A stretch of 61,569 nucleotides of DNA, the filler included. It is 11 parts of 11 records of this genome, joined end to end, with 100 filler letters (N's around TTAATTAATTAA, not from the genome) between each part and the next. Parts side by side here need not be neighbours in the genome. Positions count along the whole stretch, not along the records: positions 34,876 to 38,859 come from SRR15195285_2064; positions 38,960 to 41,963 come from SRR15195285_2066; positions 42,064 to 45,191 come from SRR15195285_2069; positions 45,292 to 49,010 come from SRR15195285_2073; 7 more parts are not named here. One strand, given 5' to 3'. Below are positions 34,978 to 46,513 of this stretch, piece after piece (positions within the stretch are counted from its first letter, which is position 1; the number at the start of each line of letters is the position of its first letter). Position numbers and translations under genes: made by a program. Under the pieces are notes generated by a model. It was given only the letters and a program-made list of their open reading frames with translations, was not told the origin of the DNA and did no database searches.

Positions 34978-36870
34978 ATGCGGGACGCGCGCGCCAGGGC
35001 GATGTTGCTGCTGGCGCTGAGCAATCTCTTCATTGCGAGGTGCCTCGCTGCTGACGGCGCTGCTGCTATGCCACCACCGCCACCGTCGGAGCCACCGACC
35101 CATGGCGGTGGCAGTTGCACTACCGAGATGGAATGCAGTCTGGCTGGTGAGTGCAGGTCATCAGTCTGCAGCTGCGATGCGTGGGCCACAGGCGCGCATT
35201 GCCAGCTGCTCAACTTCAAGACCCCAGAGTCAAACGAAGGGTACGGCCTGCAGCTTCCGGGCTACCATTCTTGGGGTGGAGGCGCGCTGTTCGACGGCCA
35301 GGTGTATCATCTGATCATGTCGTTCATGTGCAACCACGGCAGCCTAGCCCAATGGACGACAGTATCCTCGATATACCGAGCCACAAGCGTCAAATCAGAA
35401 GGCCCATACGAGATGCAAGAGATGATTGCACAGCCCTGGAGCCACAACGCCATGCCTGTCGAGAATCCGTCAGGTAGCCCAGAAACAAACGACAGGTTTC
35501 TGATCTTCGATATCGGCGATGCGTGCGCCAACCGCTCTGTCTGGTCGCCTTGCTACAACAGCACTCTTGAAACTGTGGCAAAGGGACCCAGCCAAGACGT
35601 GGCCGAGTGCATTGGTAGCAGACAAGGCTACAAACTGTATGCACGATCAGCACCCCACCCGGCCGGACCCTGGAGCTGGAAAGGCGCAGCTGAGCCGTTG
35701 TGTTGCGACGTCGCCGCCTTGTGTCCACCGTGTCCTGGACAGCAGCAGCTTGAGCATTCTGCTGCGTGGAAGATCTCAGGATCCGGTGGCAATCCAGCAC
35801 CAGTGATTTTTCCGAATGGAACGACTCTGCTCTACGTCAGTGCCAATCCATGCCCACCAGGCTGGGGGAACGCAAGTCCTGGCAACAATTGCATCGGCGT
35901 CATGAGAGCACCACGCTGGAGTGGGCCATATCAGCTCGCTAACTCAGTGCCAGTGACACATCCAGAGAGCGAAGATCCATTCGTGTTTCGAACGAAGAGA
36001 GGCTATCACCTGCTGACGAACGTGAACAACGATCATGCACGATGTCCAGCAGGTGCTGCTTGTGGTGGTCATGCGTGGTCAACGGACGGGTTGCACTTCA
36101 GCAATCTCACCATTGGGGCGTTCGGACCGGCGATTCGTCTCGCCAATGGTTCGCAGTGGAGAAACGCGTACATCGAACGACCGCAGGTGCTGCTCAACGC
36201 AACCTCTGGGGAGCCACAGACATTTTTTGCTGGGCTGGGACGATCATCATACGATGACTCCGTGACGTGGGCAGCTCCTTTCTGCACGGCAGACGACTCC
36301 TCAGGCGCGTGTGGTCCGACTGGTACAGCACGCGGGCCGTGGACACCGCCGGCTCCAGCGCCACCCTCGCCACCAGCGAGATACTTCAGAAGCGATGGCA
36401 GGTGCTTGGCAACAAATGACACGGAGTTGCAAAATTGTCCAAATCCACCACCGAAGGCGACAGGTCCCGTCTGCCCAGTATTTCTGGCGACAAACTGTAC
36501 AGGGCTGAACAGCGTCTGGAGCATAATAGCAGATAGCAGGTCCGGGGAGACGTCCATGGTGAACAAGCACAGCGGTGGGGCGATCAACCTTGATGGCAAT
36601 CGTTGCACGGCAGGGACAATCACGCACGCTTATCGTACTGGCAACGAAATACGCTTCGAAAACTTAACATCGGACACACAGCCTGGCAAGTACTTTACCG
36701 TCTTGAAGGCCACCACCTGCGGTCCAACGAGCGGCTGCTTGAACGACGGTTCTGGGAGCGCTAACGCTCCAAGTCGCCACACAGAGCACGTCATTGCTGG
36801 TCAGGTGAAGCTAGCGAGCTGCCTGAATCCATCAGCAGCTGGGTGGAGACGTGAGGAATTGCTCAGGTAG
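34978..36870 (+). CDS. Secreted five-bladed beta-propeller glycoside hydrolase (GH43-like) with N-terminal EGF-like and C-terminal ricin-like modules
   Basis: Signal peptide; EGF-like CTTEMECSLAGEC...C.CD..ATG.HC; motifs SWGG, SHN, NPAP..FPNGT, EDPFVF..RGYHLL, GGHAWS.DG..FS, ERPQVLL. The true start may be the ATG at 35002. Confidence 0.75.
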   Translation: MRDARARAMLLLALSNLFIARCLAADGAAAMPPPPPSEPPTHGGGSCTTEMECSLAGECRSSVCSCDAWATGAHCQLLNFKTPESNEGYGLQLPGYHSWGGGALFDGQVYHLIMSFMCNHGSLAQWTTVSSIYRATSVKSEGPYEMQEMIAQPWSHNAMPVENPSGSPETNDRFLIFDIGDACANRSVWSPCYNSTLETVAKGPSQDVAECIGSRQGYKLYARSAPHPAGPWSWKGAAEPLCCDVAALCPPCPGQQQLEHSAAWKISGSGGNPAPVIFPNGTTLLYVSANPCPPGWGNASPGNNCIGVMRAPRWSGPYQLANSVPVTHPESEDPFVFRTKRGYHLLTNVNNDHARCPAGAACGGHAWSTDGLHFSNLTIGAFGPAIRLANGSQWRNAYIERPQVLLNATSGEPQTFFAGLGRSSYDDSVTWAAPFCTADDSSGACGPTGTARGPWTPPAPAPPSPPARYFRSDGRCLATNDTELQNCPNPPPKATGPVCPVFLATNCTGLNSVWSIIADSRSGETSMVNKHSGGAINLDGNRCTAGTITHAYRTGNEIRFENLTSDTQPGKYFTVLKATTCGPTSGCLNDGSGSANAPSRHTEHVIAGQVKLASCLNPSAAGWRREELLR

Positions 36871-36980
36871 AGGCGAAGGGTACGGAAAGAGATCGCCACG
36901 CGGGCATCTAGATCGCTGGATGCGTGGAGCAAACATGTTCGGAGTGCGAACTTTCCCTTAAATGACACATGTAGCTGATT

Positions 36981-38859
36981 TTAGCCGTAGCTACGCTGCC
37001 TTCCTACCGTCAGCCCTCGCATCATCTCTCCAACTTCGTCGTGCATATCATTCATTTCCGAGAAACGATGCCGCGGGAACAGGATTCCAAAAAGCTTTCC
37101 GTCTCTGTCGCGACCCTCCGGCACCCGGCCACGTAAGTGCCTCGGCATCCGCTTATATTTCTGGCTTAGTCGTCGCGAATCTACATAGCGCCCGGCCGTG
37201 CCACTCGTGCCGCTGGTAGAGGTTGCCAGCACCTGCGATGCCGTGAAGTCTGTTGGACTAGGGCTAAAGGAGTGACGAATTTTACCCAAAGAGGGTGCTC
37301 TTGTGAGCATATCAGGCGTGCCACGACTACGGCTGCGTTGCAGCGCAAGCTGGCGCGACTCCTCGTGCATTGTGGTTTCTTGCGCTGCAGCGACCTGCGG
37401 ATCCACCGGCAAAAGTGCGGTCGGATTGAACGCCTTCTTGAAGTTCTCTGAGGCCGCATGTTTTGGCTCAGCTTGCACGTTGGCCCGGTTCTTCAGAAAC
37501 GCATTCATGAAGAATTCGCGCTCCGCCACTGCGCGCATCCCATCGTCAACCACTTCGCGCAGGTTGGAGCTCTGAACATCCATGTCTGCGAGCAAGCTCG
37601 ACAGGAAACGGTTATCTTCCAGGCGTGCAGCATCCCCAACATCACAGTAGTAAGCTCCGTCTGGCATCTTCGCCGCCTCAGTGGTATCCGGTTTCACAGC
37701 CGAGCGCAGGTCGCCGGTGATCACCAGCCGTCCTTCCGGCAAACCTTTCGCACCACCCTCCGGGGGTGCGATAGTGACTCCGGTACTCGTTGCGACCTTC
37801 GAGTTGACCAGAGCGCGCGCCGTCATATGTGTTGATCCGAGGAGTAAGTGGTCGCCCATGTTGTTCCAGTCGAACACCTCAACGACCACCTCGTGATCGA
37901 GATTGCCCGCGCACAATCGGTGCAAGGTCATCTCCACCGCCTTCCATCGAGGCAAGTCTGTCTGCCAGCACACCTCTGAGCGATACACCGCCTCTACGTT
38001 GGTCACATCGCCGCCTTCACCACCGCGGTACAGGATGAAGAAAAGGTCTAGCAGGCTCGCCTTATCTTTCATAAACTCTTCGTCCACGCGAAAGTTGGAT
38101 CCGGACACGGCGACGGAGACGCTGAAATCGTCCCTCTGGACGGGTGTCATTTTGATGGTTGCAAATCCGTTGTTGTCCGGCAGCTTACATCGATCGGTCG
38201 ATCCCGGCACATGAAACAGATCGCTGAGCGTGAACTCGTGTTGACCCAGCATCATTTGCTCTGCGAGCCGGGGGCTGGTTGACACTCGGCTGTAGATGTT
38301 TAGCCGGCATCGCTGCGCAGGTGCTGACGTAGCCGATCCAGTTGCAGGCTTGCCCAGCAGGTCGAGGAAGAAGGAGCGTGCGAACTCTGGAGATGAACCG
38401 TGCTGCACGGTCTCCGTCCGCCCATACTCCACCCACTCGCTATGGGGCAGCTCGTCGTCGTCGTCGTCTCCACCTGTCGTCTGAGTCCACACGAAAAGCA
38501 CCGCGAACGCCCGACAGCAGGCATCTGTCTTTCCGAGGCGCGGCAGGCCCGACAGGGCGACAGTTAGCTCGGTTCGCACGTTCTCTAGCCCTGCCACGTG
38601 ATCCTTTGAAGTCACCTCCGGCGGTGCGATCGTGACCGAAGATACAGATGCATCCAGCGAGACACCCTCCACACCTCGCAGCCCGAGCGGGGCCGAGAGA
38701 CCTCGGCGAGAGTGATGCACGCTGCGCAGCTCGCGCTTAGTGGCGTGCGCATCGACCACGCGCCCCCCGTCCAGTGTGGAGGACGCGTTGGAAAGCTGCG
38801 ACTTCGGCGAAAACTCGGCGCTCTCGTTCATCACGCCACTCGCCAGCAAATCCTCCCCC
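36981..38859 (-). CDS. Copine-like tandem C2-domain protein lacking a VWA domain, probably 5'-truncated
   Basis: C2A: W.EYGRTETV....PEFARSF.LD, LG..EFTL..L; C2B: D.FF.LYR..VYRSEV.....PRW......L.RLC.GN.D....EVFDWN..GDH.LLG; followed by a low-complexity tail. Confidence 0.8.
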
Positions 38860-38959
38860 NNNNNNNNNNNNNNNNNNNNNNNNNNNNNNNNNNNNNNNNN
38901 NNNTTAATTAATTAANNNNNNNNNNNNNNNNNNNNNNNNNNNNNNNNNNNNNNNNNNNN
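38860..38959. other. Artificial contig linker
   Basis: N44-TTAATTAATTAA-N44. Confidence 0.98.
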
Positions 38960-39151
38960 GCGGATTCATGTGTGTATAGAGGCCGCGCGCGCGCGCGCGC
39001 GCCGCCCGGAGGAACTCACGCACGCGACGCGCGGTCGCGCGCGCTGTACTACATATTCTTCTGAGCTCGTGCGTGCGCGTGGGGTGCGCACCGACTGCAC
39101 CAGGGTTACTAGCAACTAGCACTACCATATTGTGTTCATAGGTAGACGGAG

Positions 39152-40498
39152 ATGAGGGTGTTTTGGGGATCATGTTTCGTTGCGCAGCTCGCTGCCCTAG
39201 GGCTCGTTGCGTTGGGCACGACTGCCTCGACCTCGCAGCTGAAATCGGGCGACCCAGCAGTGCGATTCGTCGGGCTGGCTGGGTTCGAGGACTGTGATGG
39301 CTGCCGATCTGACGATTGCTGCCTCGCGCTCAAGTCACCGCGAGGTGCTTGCGGCTGCCGGGGGGCGACGCTTCTCGTTCCGGGAGATATTCGAGACGTG
39401 AACGACACTATCTGGGGGATGGTAGACTGGCCACTGGACGACGTTTGCGCTGAGATGTACCCTGGGTCTCGCGCCGCAACAATGCTGGAGCTTGTACGCA
39501 AATCCATTTCAGGGTTGCCGGCGACTACCTTCGACCCGAAGCACAAAGGACGGTGGACTGTACCTGGTTGCCAGGGTATGCACGAAGACGAGTGGCCAGC
39601 GCAACCGACTGGCCGCCAGTGGATGTGCAGCTACGCCGGGGCCGGTGATTACCGCTGGGCGATGCAGCCGAACGCATCGCTCGAGAGCGTCTCTGACGGC
39701 GGTGGTTGGGTGCTAGACAAGAAGCCTGCGTACTACGAAGGAGATATCGTTGGATCATTCTACTGCGCAGATATCAGCCGCGAGCTTCCTGGCTTGGAGC
39801 AGGCGATCTGCGTGAATGGTGGGCCTGCTCCACCACCACCTCCTCCTCCGCCGCCTCCTCCGCCCACTCCTCCAGTTTATACGAAGCCGTTCATCCGGTT
39901 CGGCAATGCAGTGCCATCAAGCGAGAAAGTAACGTGTCTGATTCGCCAAGGAAGCATCCACAAGACCTGGTCCTCTTATGCGTTTGGGCAGTTCAGCGAC
40001 TGGGAAGACAGCTTCAGTCCGGGGATGGGGATCATCACGGTCTTGAGCGCAGAGGGCAAGATCATTGCTCAAGCCGACCGCCTGCTGACCCCGGGACCGC
40101 TAGTTGTAGTGTTGCACGGGGTGTGGCCTGTGAGTTTCGACGATTCCATCGAGGCTATAGCGGCCAGCTACATCGAGCCCCCGGCTGGGATGGCGTCGGT
40201 CCGACTGTTCAATCTCTCACCGGACACCGTCGAAGCTGGCTGGACACGAGACGGGCAGACGATGGCGAACGGCGTAAAGTTTTTGACCGGCTCAAACTGG
40301 GTTGCATGCAACGCTACGCCAGCCCCTTACGAGCTCGATGACTTCGACTCGTCAACTGGGACAGGAACGGTGCTATTGACAGGTACTTGGGCTCCGCCAT
40401 CAGGAGCCAGCACAATCTTTGTCCTCGGACTGCAAGCCAACAGTTCGTATCCTCCCGAGTTCCGGAACTTGACCGATGCTCCCGAGAGCACTCAGTAG
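39152..40498 (+). CDS. Secreted protein: Cys-rich N-terminal domain, polyproline linker, DUF4397-like beta-sandwich C-terminal domain
   Basis: Signal peptide; long poly-Pro tract; tandem lobes IRFGNAVP.. and SVRLFNLSPD.. typical of DUF4397-like domains (recognised by eye). Confidence 0.7.
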   Translation: MRVFWGSCFVAQLAALGLVALGTTASTSQLKSGDPAVRFVGLAGFEDCDGCRSDDCCLALKSPRGACGCRGATLLVPGDIRDVNDTIWGMVDWPLDDVCAEMYPGSRAATMLELVRKSISGLPATTFDPKHKGRWTVPGCQGMHEDEWPAQPTGRQWMCSYAGAGDYRWAMQPNASLESVSDGGGWVLDKKPAYYEGDIVGSFYCADISRELPGLEQAICVNGGPAPPPPPPPPPPPPTPPVYTKPFIRFGNAVPSSEKVTCLIRQGSIHKTWSSYAFGQFSDWEDSFSPGMGIITVLSAEGKIIAQADRLLTPGPLVVVLHGVWPVSFDDSIEAIAASYIEPPAGMASVRLFNLSPDTVEAGWTRDGQTMANGVKFLTGSNWVACNATPAPYELDDFDSSTGTGTVLLTGTWAPPSGASTIFVLGLQANSSYPPEFRNLTDAPESTQ

Positions 40499-40613
40499 TG
40501 CGACAATGCGCAACACCGAGGGAGCTGCTGCCGGCTTGTTGCGCCAAACCGAGGCAGTGTGCGGGTAATCTGCAATGTAGCACAGGTGATCATTGTGTGT
40601 TCATTGTGGCACC

Positions 40614-41687
40614 TCATCGTAATCGCGATCTAGGAGACAACGCCGCGTGTTCGTCTCCTTCTGCAGCTATCAAAGGATGCATCATGCTCCAGACAGTGTT
40701 TGTACGGCTCGTCGGGTTGACTGTCCTCTTGCCCCGCTCTTGCATCGGCTCGCTGTACGTAGCAGGGATGCACGGTGACTGCCGCGCGGGTGCCGGTGGG
40801 GCCACCAGCGCAGAAGGAGACCACGAGGGCTGGTACTGGGAGTCCCCTGCGGCATGGCGTGGCGAGGCGGCAGGCTCTGGTTGCCGTGCTGGAGCCATTC
40901 GGCTGCGCCGCGCACGCCCTTGCGTTGTCGCAAAATCGCCCGGGCTCCCAGGGGGGCGCGCACCCTCGAGGTCCTTGTTGTCCCAGCCAGCGTAGCCGCG
41001 CTTGTATACCGGCACAAAGCTCGATTCAGCCGTCACGACCTCATCTAGTACCGTGCATGAACGATCAAGCGGGCGGTGCAGCTCCTTAGGTCGCGACTGC
41101 GCCACGGTATCGGGGGCAGACTCCCAACCCGCCACGTCGCGTGGCGCTGGATGGATGTACCCTACCTGCGCCGCGACCCGGTGCTTCAGCACTTGATGCG
41201 AGCTGTCCGACTCGGCGTAGACGACTGAACCGTCCGGTGCAATGTGGTCGGGCGCCTGATGCTCTAGCGGGACGCGGGATCGCACGTACGGCGACGGCGC
41301 TGACGAACCGTCAATATCAGTGCCCCCCAGCACGGGAGCGCGCTCTGGAAACTTGGCGGCCGACGCATCGAGGGCAAACGGTTGCGAGCGTGGCTCGGCA
41401 GGTGGGCGGGCACCGGCCGCCACCATGCTGTGCTGCTCGGCCATCTGCTCCTGGAACACTTCGGCAGCTGATGGAAGCGCATGCACTGGCGCGTAGGGCT
41501 GCGCGGGCGGCGGCGGAAGCACGCCGTCGACGAACTGCTGCGTGCCGCCGCCACGCCGCCACGAGCCATCGGCCGCGTTGCGAGCAATCATCATCCGGCT
41601 GCTGAGCCCGCCCACCGACCCCGCGGTCTGACGAGCCGGCGGGCTGGCGGCGTCCGCCTCAACCTGCTGCGCGAACCGACCCAGCAT
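40614..41687 (-). CDS. Hypothetical protein (Ala/Pro-rich, probably disordered)
   Basis: 357-aa ATG-initiated ORF convergent with the upstream gene and preceded by a promoter-like CG/TA patch; no family recognised. Confidence 0.6.
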   Translation of the reverse strand: MLGRFAQQVEADAASPPARQTAGSVGGLSSRMMIARNAADGSWRRGGGTQQFVDGVLPPPPAQPYAPVHALPSAAEVFQEQMAEQHSMVAAGARPPAEPRSQPFALDASAAKFPERAPVLGGTDIDGSSAPSPYVRSRVPLEHQAPDHIAPDGSVVYAESDSSHQVLKHRVAAQVGYIHPAPRDVAGWESAPDTVAQSRPKELHRPLDRSCTVLDEVVTAESSFVPVYKRGYAGWDNKDLEGARPPGSPGDFATTQGRARRSRMAPARQPEPAASPRHAAGDSQYQPSWSPSALVAPPAPARQSPCIPATYSEPMQERGKRTVNPTSRTNTVWSMMHPLIAAEGDEHAALSPRSRLR

Positions 41688-41963
41688 ACGGTACCCACGG
41701 TGTCTGGTGGAGACCGTGCAGCGCTCGTCTACGTCGTCACGTTACGTGTCCGTCCGTCCGCGTTCGGAGCGCCACGCCGCGCGTGTGATTTTCTGCACAC
41801 GCGCGCGTTCAGTTGAATTCCGAAACGACCGCCGGTGCGGGTGCTCTGTGTGGAACTGGTTTGGAAATCTTCCGGCGCTTGCGACCATTTTCAGCACTCC
41901 GATCCCATACGAATTACTAGTACTGTAGCTTTCCCATAATCCCATCACTTTGGGACGGGGGAC

Positions 41964-42063
41964 NNNNNNNNNNNNNNNNNNNNNNNNNNNNNNNNNNNNN
42001 NNNNNNNTTAATTAATTAANNNNNNNNNNNNNNNNNNNNNNNNNNNNNNNNNNNNNNNNNNNN
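41964..42063. other. Artificial contig linker
   Basis: N44-TTAATTAATTAA-N44. Confidence 0.98.
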
Positions 42064-45000
42064 GTCTGGCACTCGTTCCGTGCCTCGTTCGGCTCGTAGC
42101 CGCTCTCGCATTTGGTGCAGGTTGTTTTGGCGTCGTCGACAACGCTAGAAGAATCGTCACAGGCATCGCAAAAGCCACTGCCCTCGGCACTGAAATGTAG
42201 CCCTTCACAGGCAACGCAAGCTGTCTGCAGTGCATTTGGCCCAGTACCTGCCTCGCAGATGGTGCAGGTAGTTTTCGCATCGTTAACCACATACGGCCAC
42301 GAACAGACGTCACAACTCGCCCCGGCTGTCGCAGAGAACGTAGGCGATCCTTGCTTCACTGGACACGGCACACATGCGGCGTCATCTCTAGATCCGCGAC
42401 TAGAGGCCTTCTCTGTACCAGCATTGCACGGCACACAGACACTAAGCACCGCATTCGCGTCGGCAGGCGCCGCGTATATGCGACCATCTGGCCCAAGGGT
42501 TCCGTGTCGCCACTTTCTGCTGTCGACGAACTCAGAGCTGTCTAGCTGAGTAGAAGTGCCATCCATCATCTGATCTAGTCCTGCGGTGTACGTCATAAAC
42601 ATCTCAGTGGCTGGATTGAATTCAAACATGCTGTCCGATGCATAAGGGATCCCATAGATGAACCCGTTGGGACCGAGCACGCCTCCGGACCACGCACTCT
42701 CTCGAGAGACACAAACCTCGATCATTCGAACGCTATCATCGGAGGGATCGACAACCAAAATCGAACTTGCTGTCGCGGGGATTCCGTAGATCAGACCGTT
42801 GGAGGCAAGCACGGCGCCATCCCAAGACTGCGTTGTTGGCACGGCGCCGAATGTTGCCACCGCCCCACCGGGTCGAGTGTCGATCTTCAGCACGGAACTT
42901 GCCCCAGCAGGCATCGCAAATATTGCATGACCAGCCAACACGCCTCCGCGAAATGATGGAAATGCAGGAATAGTGTTCGTACTCATGTCTGAAGGGTCTA
43001 TTACAAGGACATCCTCATGCTGGTATGGTACGCAGAAGATCCGACCGGTTGTCGAACGAACACCGTGCCACCACTTTCCCGGCAGGCCCGGTGTAGCAAT
43101 CGACGTTTCATCGTAGGTATTATCAGATGGGTCTATCACAAGAACATTATTGGAGTTAAACGGCACTCCAAATATCTTGCCGCCGCCAGGATTTGAACAC
43201 TGGGGCTGGTCTGCAGAGGCATCGGCTCCAGCTGCCCAGAGTTGTAAACGTCTGCCACCACCATGACCAGAGCTGCCCGAGCCACCACCTTGACCAGAGC
43301 TGCCCGACGACGATCGAGTGCACAGTGCCTGGACACCACCAGCCCATTTGTTGCCTCTGACAGACAATCCGGAGATTGTCACATCGTCAGCAGTACCTGT
43401 GAGGGGATCGATTATCAGTACCGCTGTTGCGCTCCCGGGTATGGCGTACAGTTTCTTGCTCTGCTCACACAGGACAAATCCGTTGTACTGCTGATCAGTT
43501 GCGTCATAACCTGTGTACGATGATGTCTCAGCAAGGGAGGTTGAGCTGCAAGCACTGAGCACTGTGCAGCAGTGTGCTGCCGTGCATGGGCCTTTAAGGC
43601 ATTCCACGTGCGCTGAGTTTTCAATCAGTACGGACCCGGGCAGCGCAGGAGGCCGCGAGCAGTCGTATTCGTCATTGGTCCCGTCGCCGGCAGTGTCAGC
43701 GCACGTTCGAGATATTGAGCCTTCCTCTCTGAAGCAACATAGATCAGCAGAACAACCAGGGACCGGGCAGTCGACCGTGACCTGGTCAACGACATCTTCG
43801 TCGCCGAACGGCGGGTTTGCAGAGCAATCATACGGGTCCGTCTGAAAGGAATCCCCATCTGTGTCCGCACATGTGGCTTGCATCCAACACGGACTTTCAA
43901 GTCGTAGAACCCTATCGGCACGAAATGGTGCTCCGTACACACGATTGTCCGGCCCCAGTGTGCCGTGAGAGTACAGCAGTCCTGGGCCGCGCGTTGACTG
44001 TGGACCTGGAACTACAATTGCAGTGTCAGACGCTGAGTCAATCTCGAGGAGTAGCCGAGCGTTGTATGGAATGCCGAGAATTTTGCCATCGGCTGCAAGG
44101 ACACCACCAGACCATGCAAAATTGGCACCTGATGCAGTGGCAGCAGGCCAGCCGTCGACTTCCACCTGTGACACTTCATTCGTGCTGGGATCGAGCACCA
44201 TCACAACGTCAGCCATGTGCGGAATCGCATATATCTTCCCGCCTCTACTAAGAACTCCACCGTCCCATGCACGCCTTGGCTGACCGAGGCTTTGTACAGA
44301 GATTGTTTCAGCGTCTGCGAGTGCAGTGCCAGATGCCGGTGCGTCGATCACAAGCACATGCGAGGCAGCATAGGGAATCCCGTATATGAGGCCGTTTTGA
44401 GCAAGCACCCCTCCTCTCCACTTTTCATTCCCAGTAGCCCCAGCCACCAGTAGTAGGTCTAATTGAAGCTCTAGTGGGTCTATCACAAGTATAGCAGGTG
44501 CGTTGTATGGCATGCCATATATGCGGCCATCCGGACCTAAGGCACCATGCCACCACTTCGACGGCAAGGACGCTCCGATGCCTGTGAGCTGAAGTGTGGT
44601 AGAGTCAGCAGTATCGGTACTCGGGTCAATGATAAGCACCGAGGACGCTGAATAGGGGATGCAATATATCATCCCTGCAGCTGGAGAGAAAACGCCACCA
44701 GCCCACTTCTGCGGTTGCGACGATAGACCAGAAATGGTCGACTCATCAGCAGTTTCCAGCGCAGGGTCGACAATCAACACACTACGAGACCCACTCGGGA
44801 TGAAATACAGCTTCGATTCGGCAACGACAACGCCACTGTATTTCATGATGCCCGTGCCTCCTGACAGGTCCGCATAAGTGGCAGTATTAACCGCAATAGA
44901 GCATGGCAAACACGGATAACCAACAAACTCCGAACCGAGAAAAGGTGATGTGCATATCCAAACGCCTCCTCCGCTATACCCATAATCACAGGAAACATCA

Positions 45001-45191
45001 AAGCTCACACCAGCATCTCCACACAAAGAACCGGCTGCGGCAAAATTGGAATTTGGAACCTGCGATGTGGGACAGCTACTGCCTGTAGGCTCACTTTGAC
45101 AGCCCACTGGAGGAGATGGTGAAGGTGCCGACACCGGCGGTGAAGGAGATAGGCTGTAGTCGCAGCTCCCATCATCCTCGGTCGCACTCTC
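42064..45191 (-). CDS. Internal fragment of a large extracellular protein: two beta-propellers of W.GGVL..(D/N)G.IYGIP..A..VL.IDP repeats, Cys-rich linkers, and TNFR/ephrin-receptor-like Cys repeats
   Basis: Open frame across the whole contig; about 7+7 blades of the repeat; TCADT.GD...YDC..CC twice; C..C.AGT..N...T.C..C repeats near the C-terminal break. Confidence 0.85.
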
Positions 45192-45291
45192 NNNNNNNNN
45201 NNNNNNNNNNNNNNNNNNNNNNNNNNNNNNNNNNNTTAATTAATTAANNNNNNNNNNNNNNNNNNNNNNNNNNNNNNNNNNNNNNNNNNNN
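45192..45291. other. Artificial contig linker
   Basis: N44-TTAATTAATTAA-N44. Confidence 0.98.
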
Positions 45292-45516
45292 GGCGGCAAA
45301 ATAGTGCCCAGGATGGCCCACCGATGCGCTCGCCCCTAGGAGGCGCCCGCGCCCAGCGCCCACGCCCCACGCCACGCGCGCGCCACGCGCTGAGGTCAGC
45401 TTCTACGAGCCTGGCGTTCTCACCGAGACCTACTTTACGAACGGCGCATTGTTGAGCTTTACGTAACGCCGCGACACTAGCGCGCGCTAGACGACGCCGA
45501 ACGGCCGCGACGTGCC

Positions 45517-46513
45517 ATGGAGCCGTTGACGGGCGGCACCGAGACGGCCTGGCCGGTCGATATTCCGCGCACGGGCGCGACCTTCACGCTCTGCTTCATC
45601 GCCGTCGTCACGGCCACCGTCGCGGCCTTCGTCTCGCTGTGCAGCCGCGCTGCAGCCGCAACTACGGATTCTGCTGACACGGTCGGCTGGGATGCGGTGC
45701 CCGGACTAAGGGCCGGGTGCCAGGTCATGTGCCTGCTCGTCCCTCTGCTCGTCGCCACGTTCGTGATAGCCTGGAGCGGCGTGCTGCAGCACTGGGACTC
45801 GCTTCCGCCGCCGTTCATGCTGCTCATGCTGCCGCTGTACATCACAACCGTGCTCCTCGCCACCAAGGCGCGGGGCACAAATCAGCTGGGCCACCCTGGC
45901 GTTGCTGCCAGCTTGTCATCGCTGCCGATGGGGCAGCTGGTCGGCTTCCAGAGCTTCCGGATCTTCGTTGAGCTGGTTCTACACTTAGGCTACAACCAAG
46001 GGTAAGCAAGACGAAATGGCGAAACGAATGAAGTCCACACTGACATGTCTGTCGTTAACTCGCAGTCCTACATGGCCCTCGCTGACTCAGTGGATGATGC
46101 GTCACTGGAGCAGATTTATCCCCGTGCAGATGACATGGTCCGGCCGCAACTTGGACGTGATCACCGGTCTGCTCGCCGCGGTTCTGGGTCTGGTCGGCTG
46201 GCAGTTGCCAGAGGCATTCGCACCTGGAGCGCAGCCAGGAACTGCTGCGCTGGCAGCTTACAATACGCTCGGATTGGCTCTGCTGCTCAACGTAAATTTC
46301 ACCGCAGTGACGTCTCTACCAACCCCGCTGCGGCAGTTCCCCGACCCCCCAGCGAACGTCTGGTTTACTTACGCGCCGTTCATCTGGCTGCCTACCATCC
46401 TAGTGCAGCTCGCGCTGGGCTTTCACGTGCTGCTGTACCGCCGACTGGTCTCAGACTACAGGAGCAGCGCAGGTCGTCGCGCCACTGAGGACAGTGAGCT
46501 ATTGGTGGCATAG
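45517..46513 (+). CDS. Multi-pass membrane protein resembling an uncharacterised bacterial family; exons 45517-46001, 46114-46513
   Basis: About 7 hydrophobic segments; splicing intron 46002-46113 (GTAAGC..CAG) yields LVGFQSFRIFVELVL..GY..GFIPVQMTWSGRNLDVITG..PTPLR.F...PAN.....PFIWLP..LV..AL..H. Confidence 0.8.

Noticed and set aside
31375-38859. GH27 and GH43-like genes as a divergent polysaccharide-utilisation cluster
   Set aside because: A linker at 34776-34875 separates them, so their adjacency is artificial.
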